64,000 bases of DNA from an uncultured delta proteobacterium. Lineage in GTDB: Bacteria; Desulfobacterota; Binatia; UBA9968. Below, piece by piece: positions 30,141-40,872 of this stretch. A program made the translations under genes and the position numbers. The stretch spans positions 96,001 through 160,000 of the forward strand of contig CAVXEP010000025.1 of assembly GCA_963760795.1 (NCBI GenBank), in the 5' to 3' direction. The notes below the pieces were generated by a model, which did no database searches, had not been told where the DNA came from, and saw only the letters and a program-made list of their open reading frames with translations. The first letter of the stretch is position 1. The number at the start of each line of letters is the position of its first letter.

Positions 30141-31301
30141 ATGAACAGTGAGCCGTTTTCTCTTTACATTCATATACCGTACTGCATCAGCAAGTGTCCG
30201 TACTGCGACTTTAATTCCCATGTCGTGGCGCAGATCCCGGAAGCCGGTTATACCGATGCGCTGCTGCGCGAACTGGAATATTTCGGCGAAGAAAGCGGCT
30301 GGCGCGGCCGCACCTTACAGAGCATCTTCTTCGGCGGCGGCACGCCGTCGACATTCCAACCGACCAGCATCGGCAAACTCCTGGCCTGGGTCGCCGCGAC
30401 CTTTCCCATCGCCAACGACTGCGAAATCACCATGGAGGCCAATCCTGGAACCGTCGACGCCGCTCATTTCGCCGGCTACCGCGACGCCGGGGTCAATCGC
30501 ATCAGCGTCGGCGTGCAGTCGTTTCAACCGAAACTGTTAAAGTTCTTGGGCCGCGTCCATTCGGCTGACGAAGCCGAGAAAGCTTTGAACATCGTCAAAC
30601 AGTCCGGCTTTGACAATTTCAGTTTCGATCTGATTTACGCCAATCCTGGGCAAGCCCTGGCCGATCTCGAAGCCGATCTCGACACCGCTCTGGAATTTAA
30701 TCCGCCGCACCTGTCGGCTTACAATCTCACTTTCGAAGAAGGCACGCCTTTCCATCATGAATACTGCGCCGGCCGAATGGCTAATCTGGACGAAGACATA
30801 GAGATCGCCATGGCCGAGATGATCGATGCAAAACTCGGCGCCGCCGGCTTGAAACGCTACGAGATCTCCAACTATGCACGTCGGTGGTTTCACTCGCGCC
30901 ATAATGTGAATTATTGGCATAGCGGCGATTATCTCGGCCTCGGCGCCGGCGCCCACAGCTATCGCCGCAATGACGACGGTGTAACCGGACGACGCTGGAA
31001 CAATGAGAAAAGCCCGGCCAAATACATGACTCAGATTGACGACACCCGCCAAGCCGTTGCCGAACGAGAGTCCATCGACGCTCACAAAGCGGCGGCCGAG
31101 TTCATGTTCCTGGGCTTGCGTATGACCGAAGGCATCCGCGCCGACGCTTTCCGTCAACGTTTCGGCCAAACAGCGCGGCAATTTTATCCGCAGATCGATA
31201 CCTGGATCGAAGGTGAACTCTTAATGGAGCAAGGCGAATTTCTCCGCTTCACCGCCAAAGGGCTCATGCTCGCAAACTCGATCTTCGTGCATTTTATGTA
31301 G
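30141..31301 (+). CDS. hemW: Radical SAM heme chaperone HemW
   Basis: LYIHIPYCISKCPYCDFNS, FFGGGTPS, EANP, YEISNY, HNVNYW, YLGLGAGAH. Confidence 0.93.
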   Translation: MNSEPFSLYIHIPYCISKCPYCDFNSHVVAQIPEAGYTDALLRELEYFGEESGWRGRTLQSIFFGGGTPSTFQPTSIGKLLAWVAATFPIANDCEITMEANPGTVDAAHFAGYRDAGVNRISVGVQSFQPKLLKFLGRVHSADEAEKALNIVKQSGFDNFSFDLIYANPGQALADLEADLDTALEFNPPHLSAYNLTFEEGTPFHHEYCAGRMANLDEDIEIAMAEMIDAKLGAAGLKRYEISNYARRWFHSRHNVNYWHSGDYLGLGAGAHSYRRNDDGVTGRRWNNEKSPAKYMTQIDDTRQAVAERESIDAHKAAAEFMFLGLRMTEGIRADAFRQRFGQTARQFYPQIDTWIEGELLMEQGEFLRFTAKGLMLANSIFVHFM

Positions 31302-31359
31302 TCGCCATGTTAGAGAAGAGTTCATTCGCGACCACTTCGAGCAATCTTGGAGGATAGAT

Positions 31360-32535
31360 ATGGCAGCTAATCCGTTAGACAATCTGCGCGTCGACCATAT
31401 CGGCAGCATGGTGCGGCCGGCGCAGCTCAAAGAGATCTTTGCCCGCTTCGACCGCGGTCAAGCATCCAAAGATGCATTGACCCAAGCGCAAGACCAGGCG
31501 ATCCGCGACGTCATCGCGCAGCAGGAAAGTCACGGCTATCCCGTCGTCACCGACGGCGAGTTTCGCCGCCATAGCTTTCAAGAGAGCTTTTCCGAATGCG
31601 TCACCGGCTTCGACGTGCCGAAAAATATCGCTCTCTACTACGAGAAACGCGACTTGAACGAAACTCCGCTGGAGCGCGCGGAGCAAAACTTTGACGAAGC
31701 CGGCCCCGCGATCGTCACTCGGCGAGGCGCCGCGCAAAGATTACAGGTGGTGCGCAACCTGCCGCTTGAAGAATACCGCTATGCCCAGAGCGTCTCCAAC
31801 GTCCCGGCCAAAGTCACGATCCTCGGCCCTGATCGCATCGCCCAGCGCTTCAAATGGGAAGCGTCGTTGAATCTCTACAAAGGCCTCGACGACTTCGTCG
31901 AGCATATCGTTGCCATCGAACGGCAAATGATCGCCGAGCTCGTGAAAGCCGGCTGCAAGTACATCCAGATCGACGCCCCCGGCTACACCGCCTATGTCGA
32001 TAAAGTTTCGCTGGAGAGAATGCGTTCTCGTGGCGAGGAGCCGGAACGAAATTTCCAACGCTCCATCGAGGCCGACAACGCGCTGATCGAAGGTTTTCCC
32101 GGCGTGACTTTCGGAATTCATATCTGCCGCGGTAACGCCCGTACCATCGATCCGCAAACCGGCAAGCTCGTCCCCCAATGGCACCGCGAAGGCTCCTACG
32201 ACGCCATCGCCGAGAAACTCTTCAACACGCTCAGACATCAAAGACTGCTTTTGGAATACGACAGCGACCGCGCCGGCGGCTTCGAACCGCTGCGCCTAGT
32301 TCCCAAAGACAAAATCGTCGTCCTAGGATTGGTCTCGACCAAGAACTCCGACATGGAAACCGTCGACGATCTGAAACGCCGCATCGATAAAGCGACTCAA
32401 TACCTGGCAATCGACCAACTCGCGTTAAGCCCGCAATGCGGCTTCGGCGGCATCGACTCGAAAGTTTTGAGCGAAGATGAGATGTGGAAGAAGCTGGATA
32501 CGATCGTCGAGACGGCAAAGCAAGTGTGGAGTTAA
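31360..32535 (+). CDS. Cobalamin-independent methionine synthase II (MetE C-terminal-like) family protein
   Basis: DHIGSMVRP, TDGEFRR, YIQIDAP, Zn ligands HICRGN / LEYD / LSPQCGF. Confidence 0.88.
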   Translation: MAANPLDNLRVDHIGSMVRPAQLKEIFARFDRGQASKDALTQAQDQAIRDVIAQQESHGYPVVTDGEFRRHSFQESFSECVTGFDVPKNIALYYEKRDLNETPLERAEQNFDEAGPAIVTRRGAAQRLQVVRNLPLEEYRYAQSVSNVPAKVTILGPDRIAQRFKWEASLNLYKGLDDFVEHIVAIERQMIAELVKAGCKYIQIDAPGYTAYVDKVSLERMRSRGEEPERNFQRSIEADNALIEGFPGVTFGIHICRGNARTIDPQTGKLVPQWHREGSYDAIAEKLFNTLRHQRLLLEYDSDRAGGFEPLRLVPKDKIVVLGLVSTKNSDMETVDDLKRRIDKATQYLAIDQLALSPQCGFGGIDSKVLSEDEMWKKLDTIVETAKQVWS

Positions 32536-32560
32536 CCGAGACTAAAAATACTCTATGACG

Positions 32561-32845
32561 CTAACTGTCCGGCCTGACGCTACTCAGCCACTCCTCGTGC
32601 ACATCGACCCAGATCGTGTCCGTATCGTGGCAGGTCGATAGCTCGCTTAAATCGAATTTGACGGTGTAAAGCGGATTGTGAATGCCGCGGTGATCGCGGA
32701 TGTTTTCCAGGATGCCATGGACTAGGCCGATGACGCCGCGCTTGCCGCGAATGTAACGTGGCGTGCGCGGGTTGCCGGCTGGGTTTTCATTGGCGACCAT
32801 GACGGCGTCGCCGATTTTATATCTGCTAATGGTATCGCTCATCAC
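32561..32845 (-). CDS. Stand-alone nitrile hydratase beta-subunit C-terminal SH3-like domain (ScnA-like)
   Basis: 94 aa: YKIGDAVMV...PAGNPRTPRYIRGKRGVI..VHG...PLYTVKF...EL...IWVDVHEEWL. Confidence 0.85.
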   Translation of the reverse strand: MMSDTISRYKIGDAVMVANENPAGNPRTPRYIRGKRGVIGLVHGILENIRDHRGIHNPLYTVKFDLSELSTCHDTDTIWVDVHEEWLSSVRPDS

Positions 32846-32850
32846 CGTTC

Positions 32851-33925
32851 TCAGTCAGGCCGGACGCGCGGCATTTCCGGCTCGACATGGGCTGCTTCTC
32901 TGGCGCGCAATTGCGAAGGCTCCAACGCATAGCCCGCGCCGATCAAACTATCGACCGTGACCAGCTTGGCCAATTCTGGTTCCGACATGCCCTCGGTGCC
33001 AGCAGGACGTTGAGGCAAGACGAAGTAACGCACGTCGGAGGTGCTATCCCAAACCCGCAGTTCTTTATCACTGCGGAAACTCAAGCTGAAACATGTCCTT
33101 CACGCAGGCGCGCGGGTTTTGCACGATGTTGGCGCGGTAGCTTTCGTGCTTGTACCACCACGGAGTGTCACCGAGGATGTCGTAAGGATAACAGGAGCAT
33201 AGCGTGCAGACGATAACGTTGTGCGTCTTTTCGGTATTTTCGACAACGACCAATTTGCCAACCTTGCCCTGATGCACGCCCATTTCTCTGAGCGCCTCGC
33301 GGCCGGTATCGAGCAACGCCTGTTTGAACTCCGGGTCGGTCCAAGCCTTGGCGACGATAACGCCGCCGGCCCAGGGCCGTTCTTCGTGTAATTGCTTCCA
33401 GCGCTGTGCTAAGTCTTCGCGCGTCGCCCAGCCGCGCTTGATCAACGCTTGGACGAATACTTCCAGCAACTCCTGATAGTCGTTTAGATCTTGCTCCAGG
33501 TTCACCATTCGCTCTTCGAGGGTGCCATGGTGTTCTTTCTTCTTGATCTTGAAAAACTCGTCGTAGTCGCCGCGCTCTTTGCGGTTGTCCTCGGTGACCA
33601 TGTCCATGCCTTCGACGGTGCGCGCTGAAACCAAGGCGATGCCTTTGACATACTCATCGAGCCATTCTTCCAAATAGCGCACCCGCGCTTCGACGTTTTT
33701 CCCCTGGGGCTTGGCCATCTTGAAGAAATGATCTTTCTTTTTAAGCGTCGAGCGCACTTTGAGCAGGTCGTAAAACGTCACGACGTTACGCCGGAGTAAA
33801 TAGAAAATCCGCGGCTCGAAGCGCTTGGCCCGGTAATACTCCAGATCCTCTTCGACCGCTTTGATATGCGCCATGTAGTCGTGCATATGACCCTCGAAGG
33901 GTCTATGCCCATGTTTTCCTGACAT
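32851..33925 (-). CDS. Cobalt-type nitrile hydratase alpha / thiocyanate hydrolase gamma family subunit with long N-terminal extension; frameshifted as sequenced
   Basis: IVAKAWTDPEFKQALL, VVENT..THNVIVCTLCSCYP in 33068-33925; WDSTSDVRYFVLPQRPAGTEGMSE.ELAKLVT.DSLIG in 32851-33084; one extra base near 33075-33092, about 357 aa when corrected. Confidence 0.9.
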
Positions 33926-33951
33926 CGAAACTTCCTCCGAGTTGCTGCGCT

Positions 33952-35670
33952 TCAGTGGGTATCAAAAATTTCCTGGTATTCTTTCAATTTCGCTTTGGTC
34001 GCGTCGGTTTCCGCGTCGGTCGGTTTGGCCGCATCCGCCGCCGGCGGTAAACAACCCAACTTCAACAAGCACGCCATTAACAACAGCCGCGCCTTGGTCG
34101 CGGTCAAATTGCTGCCGGCAATCGCCAGCGGATCGCGCGTGGCATCGACAAAACCGCCGGCGTTGCCGCGGCCGACTTTGACCACCGGCATGCCGCTGTA
34201 GGTCGCGCGCTTTAACGCCGCGTCCACCGAGTTGCTCATGGCGCCAAAAGGAGCTGAGCCTTCGGCAACGAAGCCGGCAAGCGGCGAGATGCGCAGATTG
34301 TTTTCAATGCGCGCGAGAATATCGACTTCGCTGCTGGCGTCGCCGGAGGTGTCCTCAGGCAAGTAGCGCGCATGCTTGACGATGGTAACTTTCGGAATCG
34401 CCGGCGCCAATAAATTACCCGCGGCATCCTTGATCGGCACCGCGATGATTCCGATCGTTGAACGTTGAACCGTTGAACCTTGGACACTGCGCGGCAACTG
34501 GCGCAGATTCACCAGCGATCGATGGGTATGCCGCTTGATCGGTTTGAAAGAAAACTGCGGCGCGCCGGGATGGCCCATCCTGCCGATGATACCGCCATGG
34601 CCGCCGGTAGCGATGTAGCCGCCGGGACGGGCATCGGCTTTTTGCACATCGCGCGCGGTGAATATCTGCTCGTCGAGAATCGCTACCGCGCCGATATCGT
34701 CATGGCCGTTGTCATCGGCCCAAATCTTCGACGTGATGTAATTCACCGAATCGACGATATTGCGGTCGCCGTCATTGCCGATGGCGCCATGCGGACGCTG
34801 CGAGGAATTACCAACGATAGGCACTGTGGTGTCGATCAACAGATTGAGCCAGTACGTCGTCTCTTCGACAAACGGGCTGCCTTCGAGCCAGATGGCACCT
34901 AAATAGCTTCCACCGCGCAAAGCTTGTTGAACGACGTTGGTCAACCGTGCCAGCGCTGCCATGGGGGGTTCTTTTCGTAGATAACCGGGACGGTAGGGAA
35001 AGAAATCACTGCCACGAATCTCGGGCGGAATGTCGCCAGTGCCGATATCGGTGCGTTCGCTCTCACGGCGACCTGTCGCGTAACCGCCTGACGGCAGTGC
35101 GCGGTAAAAGTCGAATGCAGCTTTGGCTGTAAGCAAACACCCCACGCCTTCGTCGGAGATACCCAATCGGTCGATCTCTTCAAACAAGCGCGAGCCGTCG
35201 GGAAAGAACGGCACGCGCACCCGTTCGGCAGTAATATTTTTTTCCGTGCCGTCCATCTCCCATGGCTTTCCGTTAGCTTGGCGCGCCATGTAGGGCAGCG
35301 GGTAGAGACCGTCTTCAGGTTCGAGCGTAATCTCGTAAACCGGCTTGTCGCCGGGACCGGTGCGTTCCTTGTGAAAATTACCGGCTGCGTCGAGATAGCC
35401 GTCCGGTGGCGCATAGAGCTCGGCATGGTCTCTCTCGAGCGGGTGGGCGCTGAATTGCTCGACATAAACCGTCACCGGCGCAGCCAAGCGCTGCGCGCGC
35501 AGCACGTCGAAACGCATCGGCGAGCCGTCTTTGTTGGCGCGAACAGGCACGCCGTACTTTTCGCGCGCCTTGTTGCTGGTTACCAACGGCTCGCTGTTTT
35601 GAATCGTCGCCGTCGGTCCGGAAAAAACCGCGATGCGCGGTTTCGCGTCGCTGCCTGTGTCAGCCATCAT
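33952..35670 (-). CDS. Large asparaginase/glutaminase-fold protein with divergent catalytic motifs
   Basis: RIAVFSGPTATIQN, EGSPFVEETTYWLNLL, PIVGNSSQRPH...DGDRNIVDSV, IFTARDVQK, GMPVVKVGRG, AGSNLTATKARLLLM, YQEIFDTH. Confidence 0.75.
   Translation of the reverse strand: MMADTGSDAKPRIAVFSGPTATIQNSEPLVTSNKAREKYGVPVRANKDGSPMRFDVLRAQRLAAPVTVYVEQFSAHPLERDHAELYAPPDGYLDAAGNFHKERTGPGDKPVYEITLEPEDGLYPLPYMARQANGKPWEMDGTEKNITAERVRVPFFPDGSRLFEEIDRLGISDEGVGCLLTAKAAFDFYRALPSGGYATGRRESERTDIGTGDIPPEIRGSDFFPYRPGYLRKEPPMAALARLTNVVQQALRGGSYLGAIWLEGSPFVEETTYWLNLLIDTTVPIVGNSSQRPHGAIGNDGDRNIVDSVNYITSKIWADDNGHDDIGAVAILDEQIFTARDVQKADARPGGYIATGGHGGIIGRMGHPGAPQFSFKPIKRHTHRSLVNLRQLPRSVQGSTVQRSTIGIIAVPIKDAAGNLLAPAIPKVTIVKHARYLPEDTSGDASSEVDILARIENNLRISPLAGFVAEGSAPFGAMSNSVDAALKRATYSGMPVVKVGRGNAGGFVDATRDPLAIAGSNLTATKARLLLMACLLKLGCLPPAADAAKPTDAETDATKAKLKEYQEIFDTH
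34456..34485. repeat. Short TTGAAC-core tandem repeat inside a coding sequence
   Basis: cgttgaa-cgttgaac-cgttgaac-cttggac, read as VQGSTVQRST on the minus strand. Confidence 0.55.
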
Positions 35671-35707
35671 GACCTCGCTAAAATAGAATGAGCGAAATCA
35701 ACTGATC

Positions 35708-36286
35708 TCATTTAAGCGCAAATGGCAGCTGCTTAGGTCCGTAGCCCTGCCAATATTTGTTGGTTGCCGGGTCGTAGCGTCCCTGGAGAAAACCGCCGGC
35801 CTTTTCGGCGCGGACGATGATCGCTACAGTCCGTTCGTCGCCGCTCTCCTCGGCGTGAATCGCATAGGGCGGCACCAAGTCGATCTTGCCTGCACTCACT
35901 TTGACGTTCACCGACTTGCGCACCTCGGCGTAGTCTGGCTTCGACCGATCATCGACCCGTTCATAACGCTCAATGGATTCGGAACCGTCGAGCACGCCGT
36001 AAAGCGTCCAGTTATGCGCATGATCGTGGATCGCCGTGCGTGTATGCGGCGCCTTGATCAAGCCGTTGATGACGAATTTGTAGTCGGGATCCTCATAGAA
36101 AAGCAAATTCTCGGCGCGCTCACCGCCCTGAGAGCAATCGGGCCACTGCTTCGACTGTTCTTTCACCGCCGGGTCGGCAATCAGCTCCTCAAGGAGAGGG
36201 GTCATTTTCTCCCAGCGTTTTGCCGGATCGGTTTCCTCGGCGTGAAGCATGCGCGCGGACGCGATAAACTTTTGCACTGCAGACAT
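35708..36286 (-). CDS. Cysteine dioxygenase-like cupin metalloenzyme
   Basis: LLFYEDPDYKFVIN, TAIHDHAHNWTLYGVLDGSE.IERYERVDD, PYAIHAE (three-His cupin); AAGGAGG RBS. Confidence 0.78.
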   Translation of the reverse strand: MSAVQKFIASARMLHAEETDPAKRWEKMTPLLEELIADPAVKEQSKQWPDCSQGGERAENLLFYEDPDYKFVINGLIKAPHTRTAIHDHAHNWTLYGVLDGSESIERYERVDDRSKPDYAEVRKSVNVKVSAGKIDLVPPYAIHAEESGDERTVAIIVRAEKAGGFLQGRYDPATNKYWQGYGPKQLPFALK

Positions 36287-36391
36287 GGAACCTCCTTCAG
36301 CATAATGGCTGTTTTTGTGAACTAGCGAATTATTAGTCCGATGAGATACTGCTCGTCAAGCTGGGCTGAAAGATTACAAATTCCAAATTCC

Positions 36392-36433
36392 AAAAAAAAA
36401 GCTCCGACAGCGATCACGCTAGCGGAGCCTTTT
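36392..36433 (-). terminator. Intrinsic terminator after ahcY
   Basis: Minus strand GGCTCCGCTAGCG-TGAT-CGCTGTCGGAGC followed by T9. Confidence 0.8.
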
Positions 36434-36454
36434 GAACGGGATAGCAAATCGAGC

Positions 36455-37741
<1,287 letters not shown>

Positions 37742-37789
37742 TCAGTTAGTCGAAATGAATGGTTTAGCCAAACAATTGTTGGTAAAATA

Positions 37790-37812
37790 CAGGGTGCGCG
37801 TCGCGCACCCTG
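37790..37812. repeat. REP-like perfect palindrome in the metK-ahcY intergenic region
   Basis: CAGGGTGCGCG-T-CGCGCACCCTG. Confidence 0.6.
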
Positions 37813-37870
37813 CTCGCATATTGTAATCTTGAGTACGAAAAATGACGGCAGAGCGCCAGGCGTGCGGTCG

Positions 37871-39049
37871 CTAGACCCGCCCAGCCGCTTTCTTGAGATC
37901 GGCCGCGCGATCGGTTTTTTCCCAGGTAAACATACCCTCTTCCGGAGCCCGGCCAAAGTGGCCGTAGGCTGCCGTGGCGCGATAGATCGGCCGCTTTAGA
38001 TCGAGAGTTTGAATGATGCCCTTGGGGCTTAGATCAAAACTTTCTTGAACGATTTTGGCGATCTTGTCCTCTGGAATCGTCGCCGTGCCGAAGGTATCGA
38101 CGAGCACCGAAACCGGTTGCGCCACACCGATGACATAAGCCAGCTGTACTTCGCAGCGTTGGGCGAGCTCCGCGGCAACGATGTTCTTAGCGACGTAGCG
38201 CGCCATGTAAGCCGCGCTGCGATCGACCTTCGACGGGTCTTTGCCCGAGAATGCGCCGCCGCCATGGCGGCCCATGCCGCCATAGGTGTCGACGATAATT
38301 TTGCGGCCGGTCAGACCGCAATCCCCTTGCGGGCCCCCGACAACAAATCGGCCCGTCGGGTTGACGTGAAAAATCGTGTCTTTGTCCAAATACTCAGCAG
38401 GGATCACGGCTTTGATGACGCCGTCGATGATGGTTTCGCGCAGTTTAGCGTACTCGACATCGGCGCTATGCTGCGTTGAGATCACGACGTTTTTAACTTT
38501 GACCGGTTTGCCGTCGCGATACTCGACCGTGACCTGGGATTTGCTGTCGGGGCGGAGAAAATAAGCTTCGCCGCCTTTACGAACCTTGGCGAGATAATGA
38601 ACTAGGCTATGCGCCATCTGAATCGGGAACGGCATCAGTTCCGGCGTTTCGTCGCAGGCGTAGCCAAACATCATGCCTTGATCGCCGGCGCCTTGTTCCT
38701 TGTGCAAACCTTGGCCTTCGGTGACCCCCTGAGAAATATCCGGCGACTGTTGCTCAATGGCGGTGAGAATCGCGCAGGTGTTGCCGTCGAAACCCATCGA
38801 TGAATCCGTGTAACCGATGTCGCGCACGACATCGCGCACGATGTCGACATATGGAACCTTGGTCCTACTGGTGATTTCGCCAGCAACAACGACCATCCCA
38901 GTTTTAGCTAAGCTCTCGCAGGCAACACGGCTATCGGGGTCCCCGGCCAGGTGAGCGTCGAGTATGGCATCGGATACTTGATCGCATAACTTATCCGGAT
39001 GCCCTTCCGAAACGGACTCCGAAGTGAATAAGAAATTTTTGCCGGCCAT
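37871..39049 (-). CDS. metK: S-adenosylmethionine synthetase
   Basis: [49 protein letters not shown]. Confidence 0.98.
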   Translation of the reverse strand: MAGKNFLFTSESVSEGHPDKLCDQVSDAILDAHLAGDPDSRVACESLAKTGMVVVAGEITSRTKVPYVDIVRDVVRDIGYTDSSMGFDGNTCAILTAIEQQSPDISQGVTEGQGLHKEQGAGDQGMMFGYACDETPELMPFPIQMAHSLVHYLAKVRKGGEAYFLRPDSKSQVTVEYRDGKPVKVKNVVISTQHSADVEYAKLRETIIDGVIKAVIPAEYLDKDTIFHVNPTGRFVVGGPQGDCGLTGRKIIVDTYGGMGRHGGGAFSGKDPSKVDRSAAYMARYVAKNIVAAELAQRCEVQLAYVIGVAQPVSVLVDTFGTATIPEDKIAKIVQESFDLSPKGIIQTLDLKRPIYRATAAYGHFGRAPEEGMFTWEKTDRAADLKKAAGRV

Positions 39050-39126
39050 CAGGAAGACCTCCAACGATCTATAAATAGAAAATTACAATCTGGTGATAAT
39101 ATCGGATCGAGGGTGTCGAATCAACC

Positions 39127-39402
39127 TTATTCGCTCTCGTTGAAGCGAGCGTCGATGAGCTTTTCGAGCGCTTTTACCGCCTTTTCGGCATCTTCGCCGG
39201 TGGCCTCGATCTGAATCTTGCTGCCCTGCGGAACTCCCAAGGACATCACCCCCAAAATGCTCCGGCCATCGGTGGTTTGGCCGTCAGCGGAAAAACTGAT
39301 CTGTGCGGAAAACTTGTTGACGGTCTGCACCAGCAGCGCGGCCGCGCGCGCGTGCACTCCCAACTTATTCTTGATTTCGATCTTCTTTACGACTTTGCTC
39401 AT
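39127..39402 (-). CDS. ptsH: HPr/NPr phosphocarrier protein
   Basis: IKNKLGVHARAAA, DGRSILGVMSLG, GEDAE. Confidence 0.92.
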   Translation of the reverse strand: MSKVVKKIEIKNKLGVHARAAALLVQTVNKFSAQISFSADGQTTDGRSILGVMSLGVPQGSKIQIEATGEDAEKAVKALEKLIDARFNESE

Positions 39403-39406
39403 AAAC

Positions 39407-40273
39407 TTATTTGTCGATGTCCCGATGCTTGACATGCACGCGCAAACTACCTCCACCGAAGCGCTTTTGCAGCTCTTCGACCAAGGCGACGGAACGGTGG
39501 CGGCCACCGGTGCAACCGAGCCCTAGCGTCAAGCTGCTTTTGCCCTCACGTTCGTAGAGCGGCAAAGTAAACTCCAAGAGCGCGTAAAGACGATCGAGAA
39601 AGGCGCGGGTTTCGGCATTGCCCAGAACATACTCCTCGACTTCCCGGTCGAGGCCGCTCTTGCCGCGCAACTCGTTGACGAAATAAGGATTGGGCAGGAA
39701 GCGCACGTCGAGGATCACATCGGTGTCGTGGGGAATCCCGAACTTGTATCCGAAAGAAGTTAGAAACAGCGTCATGCGGCGCGCCGATGGGGCATCGCAA
39801 AACTGCTGCTCCATCTCGCGCTTGAGCTCATGCACATTGAAGTCGCTGGTATCGATCACCTTGTCGGCCAAAGCACGGATCGACTCCAAGGCTATGCGCT
39901 CCCGCGCAATACCGTCCTGGACGGAACCGCCGGCGGCCGAGGGATGAGGCCGCCGGGTTTCACTGAAACGTCGCAACAACACGTCATCGGACGCGTCAAA
40001 AAACAGCACTTGAACATGATGGCCGCCGCCGCGCACATCCGTCAGCACCTCCGGCAACTTACGCAGAAATTGACTGCCGCGCACATCGACGCCCAAGGCG
40101 ATGCGCATGATATCTTCTTGGTAACCTTGGCAAAGCTCGACGAATTTCGGGATCAGCGGCGCCGGCAGATTATCGATGCAAAAAAAACCGTTGTCTTCGA
40201 GGGCGCGAATCGCAAAGCTCTTACCGGAACCGGAAAGACCGGTGATAATAAAGATGTCTAAGCCGTTGGCCAT
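39407..40273 (-). CDS. rapZ: RNase adapter / P-loop protein RapZ
   Basis: TGLSGSGKS, IDNLP, RRFSETRRPHP, SFGYKFG, DVRFLPNP, GCTGGRHRSV. Confidence 0.95.
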   Translation of the reverse strand: MANGLDIFIITGLSGSGKSFAIRALEDNGFFCIDNLPAPLIPKFVELCQGYQEDIMRIALGVDVRGSQFLRKLPEVLTDVRGGGHHVQVLFFDASDDVLLRRFSETRRPHPSAAGGSVQDGIARERIALESIRALADKVIDTSDFNVHELKREMEQQFCDAPSARRMTLFLTSFGYKFGIPHDTDVILDVRFLPNPYFVNELRGKSGLDREVEEYVLGNAETRAFLDRLYALLEFTLPLYEREGKSSLTLGLGCTGGRHRSVALVEELQKRFGGGSLRVHVKHRDIDK

Positions 40274-40288
40274 ACCATAACTGGACGA

Positions 40289-40750
40289 TTAAAATTTGTC
40301 GTCTGCCGCGCTAATCAGTTGAAACAGCTCCTGTTTGGTGCTGCCCGCCATTAAATGTTGACGAAAGGATTCGTCCTTCAACAATCGGGAAATGCGCGCC
40401 AGCGCTTTTAAGTGATCGGTGGCGGCGTTCTCCGGTGCGATCAGGACAAAAAACAGGTGAGTTGGGCCGCCATCGAGAGAATTGAAGTCGACGCCCGCCG
40501 GGCTGCGCGCAAACAGACCGTAGATCTTATCTAGGCCAGGCAGTTTGCCGTGGGGTATCGCCACGCCGTCACCGATCGCCGTCGAACTGATCCGTTCCCG
40601 TTCCTTAAGCACGGCGAGAACTTGTTCTTGCTCTAAGTTCTGGTGCTCGGCGGCTAACCCTGCCGCGAGTTCTTCCAACACCGAGCTTTTGTCGCGGTTG
40701 ACAAGTGCGGGTATGACGGTGTGAACGCTGACAAAATCGATAATCTTCAC
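40289..40750 (-). CDS. ptsN: PTS IIA(Ntr)-like protein
   Basis: GTG start; ERERISSTAIGDGVAIPHGK, VDFNSLDG, HLKALARISR. Confidence 0.9.
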   Translation of the reverse strand: MKIIDFVSVHTVIPALVNRDKSSVLEELAAGLAAEHQNLEQEQVLAVLKERERISSTAIGDGVAIPHGKLPGLDKIYGLFARSPAGVDFNSLDGGPTHLFFVLIAPENAATDHLKALARISRLLKDESFRQHLMAGSTKQELFQLISAADDKF

Positions 40751-40872
40751 AAACTTTCCTTTTGCCGCTAAGCCGCGACGGCTCTGATTATTTTCCAGCC
40801 AGAGTCGGCGTGGCTTGACAAAACCCAACAACGATTTGAATACCGGTCATCGCCCGCACAACTCCGAACCGG

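Noticed and set aside
12769-33070. TGA codons in galT (12769) and NHase alpha (33068) as selenocysteine, prompted by yqeC in the window
   Set aside because: Homology resumes in a different frame after each TGA, so these are frameshift by-products; the NHase TGA is also followed immediately by TAA.
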